Origin: Malacoraja senta
Taxonomy: Eukaryota
Direction of reading: 5' to 3'
DNA: 64,000 bases
Assembly (NCBI GenBank): GCA_038087875.1
Contig: CM075990.1
Coordinates: 868,001-932,000 of the forward strand
Shown here: in pieces, positions 62,649 through 64,000 of the stretch
Layout: each line of letters begins with the position of its first letter
Numbering within the stretch: the stretch's first letter is position 1
Program-made: the position numbers and the translations under genes
Notes under the pieces: model-generated
Databases searched by the model: none
What the model was told of the DNA's origin: nothing
The model's input: only the letters and a program-made list of their open reading frames with translations

Positions 62649-63600
62649 CCAGAGCACTGCCTTTTACTGTGAAGGTCCTGCGTTGGTTTGACTTCCCAAA
62701 CTATGAGACCTCACGTCCATCTGCATTAAACTCCACTGGTCCTTGAGACACACCACCAGTCACAGACATCCAGTCTGAAAAATAACCTTCCACCATCACT
62801 GCTTCCTTCCAATAAGCCAATTTCCTATCCAGTCAGCTAGCTCCCCTAAATCCCATTGATGCCCATTAGTTTTAGTTTACCCTGGATTCTTGAACTCATA
62901 CACAATTTGCACCGCTAATGGTTGTTGGAGTTGGCAGTGGTGTGTCATTCGCAAAAGAATGATAAAGAATGCCCAGAACCATAAAGAATATTGGAATAAA
63001 CAATGTATCTTAGTCAGCAATAAGACTAGGTGAAAAATTGAAACACTATTGAAATGGAATGAAATAAAGAGAGTGAACTAAATACTGGGGTGAGAAATAA
63101 GAAAACGATTTTAACTTTGATATCTTTAAAATATTGGCAAAATGTGGGCAAGTGGGACTAGCCATTGGCTGATGTATAGAAGATGGGCCAAAGGGCCTGA
63201 TTACATGCTGTATACAGTAGTTCTATGACTCTATACCTCTTACTCTGTGAGTAGAATTTACGTTACGATACGATAGAACTTTATTCATCCCCGGAAGGAA
63301 ATTAGTCAGTCCCACCAGAGATGAATAAAGTTCTATTGTATCGTCACACAACAGTCACAACATACAACAGGTACACAAAAACCTGATTTTAAAATTAAAT
63401 TTAAAGTGAAAAAAAGACAACCGACCACTGTCTGGCTGCCGTACGCACAGTGCCTATAGCTATATAGCTATAAGAAGAAATGTATTTGTCTCGCCTCAAG
63501 AGATTCAGTGATATTGGATACAATACTGTGGTGTTAAAGTGGTACTTGCACTACTTGCGTTATGAACCCTATTTCTTGTGCTGAATTTAACAGAGAGCAA

Positions 63601-63892
63601 GTTTTAGTGTAGTTCGGCCCATCGAGTCTGCACCAACCAGCGATCCACGCACATTAACATTATCCTACACACACTAGGGACAATTTTTATGTTTATACAT
63701 TTATACCAAGCCAATTAACCTTCAAACGTGTACGTCTTTGGAGTGAGCGAGGAAACTGAAGCTCTCGGAGAAAACCACGCAGTTCACGGGGAGAATGTAC
63801 AGACTCCGTACAGACAAGCACCCGTGGTCAGGATGAACCCGGGTCCCTGGCGCTGTAAGGCAGCAACTCTACCACTGCACCAAGTGCCGCCC
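63601..63892 (-). mobile_element. tRNA-derived SINE (V-SINE/HE1-like)
   Basis: Reverse complement of the same family as 57765-58057. Confidence 0.8.
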
Positions 63893-64000
63893 ACTTTTAA
63901 TCCCAGATTTTTAAACACTTTCCTCAGATAGGGAGGTTAAGTCTGAAATGCCATTTGTGCAGGGCTGTAGATAGAATTCTGGTGACCTGAGTATCTGTAC

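Overview
This is a eukaryotic, repeat-saturated window with no host gene exon that I can support. The repeat content (many CR1-clade LINEs, tRNA-derived V-SINE/HE1-like SINEs, Penelope remnants) suggests a cartilaginous fish; that is an inference. It is a nested stack of retroelements. (1) A complete but decayed DIRS1-type tyrosine-recombinase retrotransposon (6730-14809) has an ITR/ICR architecture and is split by a CR1 copy with an intact ORF2. (2) A full-length L1/Tx1-clade element on the minus strand (15218-23160) carries a second DIRS element and an assembly gap, and is flanked by a ~748-bp direct repeat that behaves like a giant target-site duplication. (3) A full-length CR1 (28596-33610) has a 90-bp monomer array at its 5' end, an esterase-type ORF1, and a T-TTA-AAC slippery heptamer at the ORF1 stop that leads into the ORF2 frame, a candidate programmed -1 frameshift. 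(4) A Gypsy LTR element (37578-41678) has an internal inversion. (5) A non-autonomous Helitron (42894-47585) carries a 71-bp satellite and promoter-like motifs. There are also Harbinger- and Tigger-like MITEs and many dispersed Penelope-type hammerhead-ribozyme-like motifs. All alignments and counts were done by eye and no database was searched.
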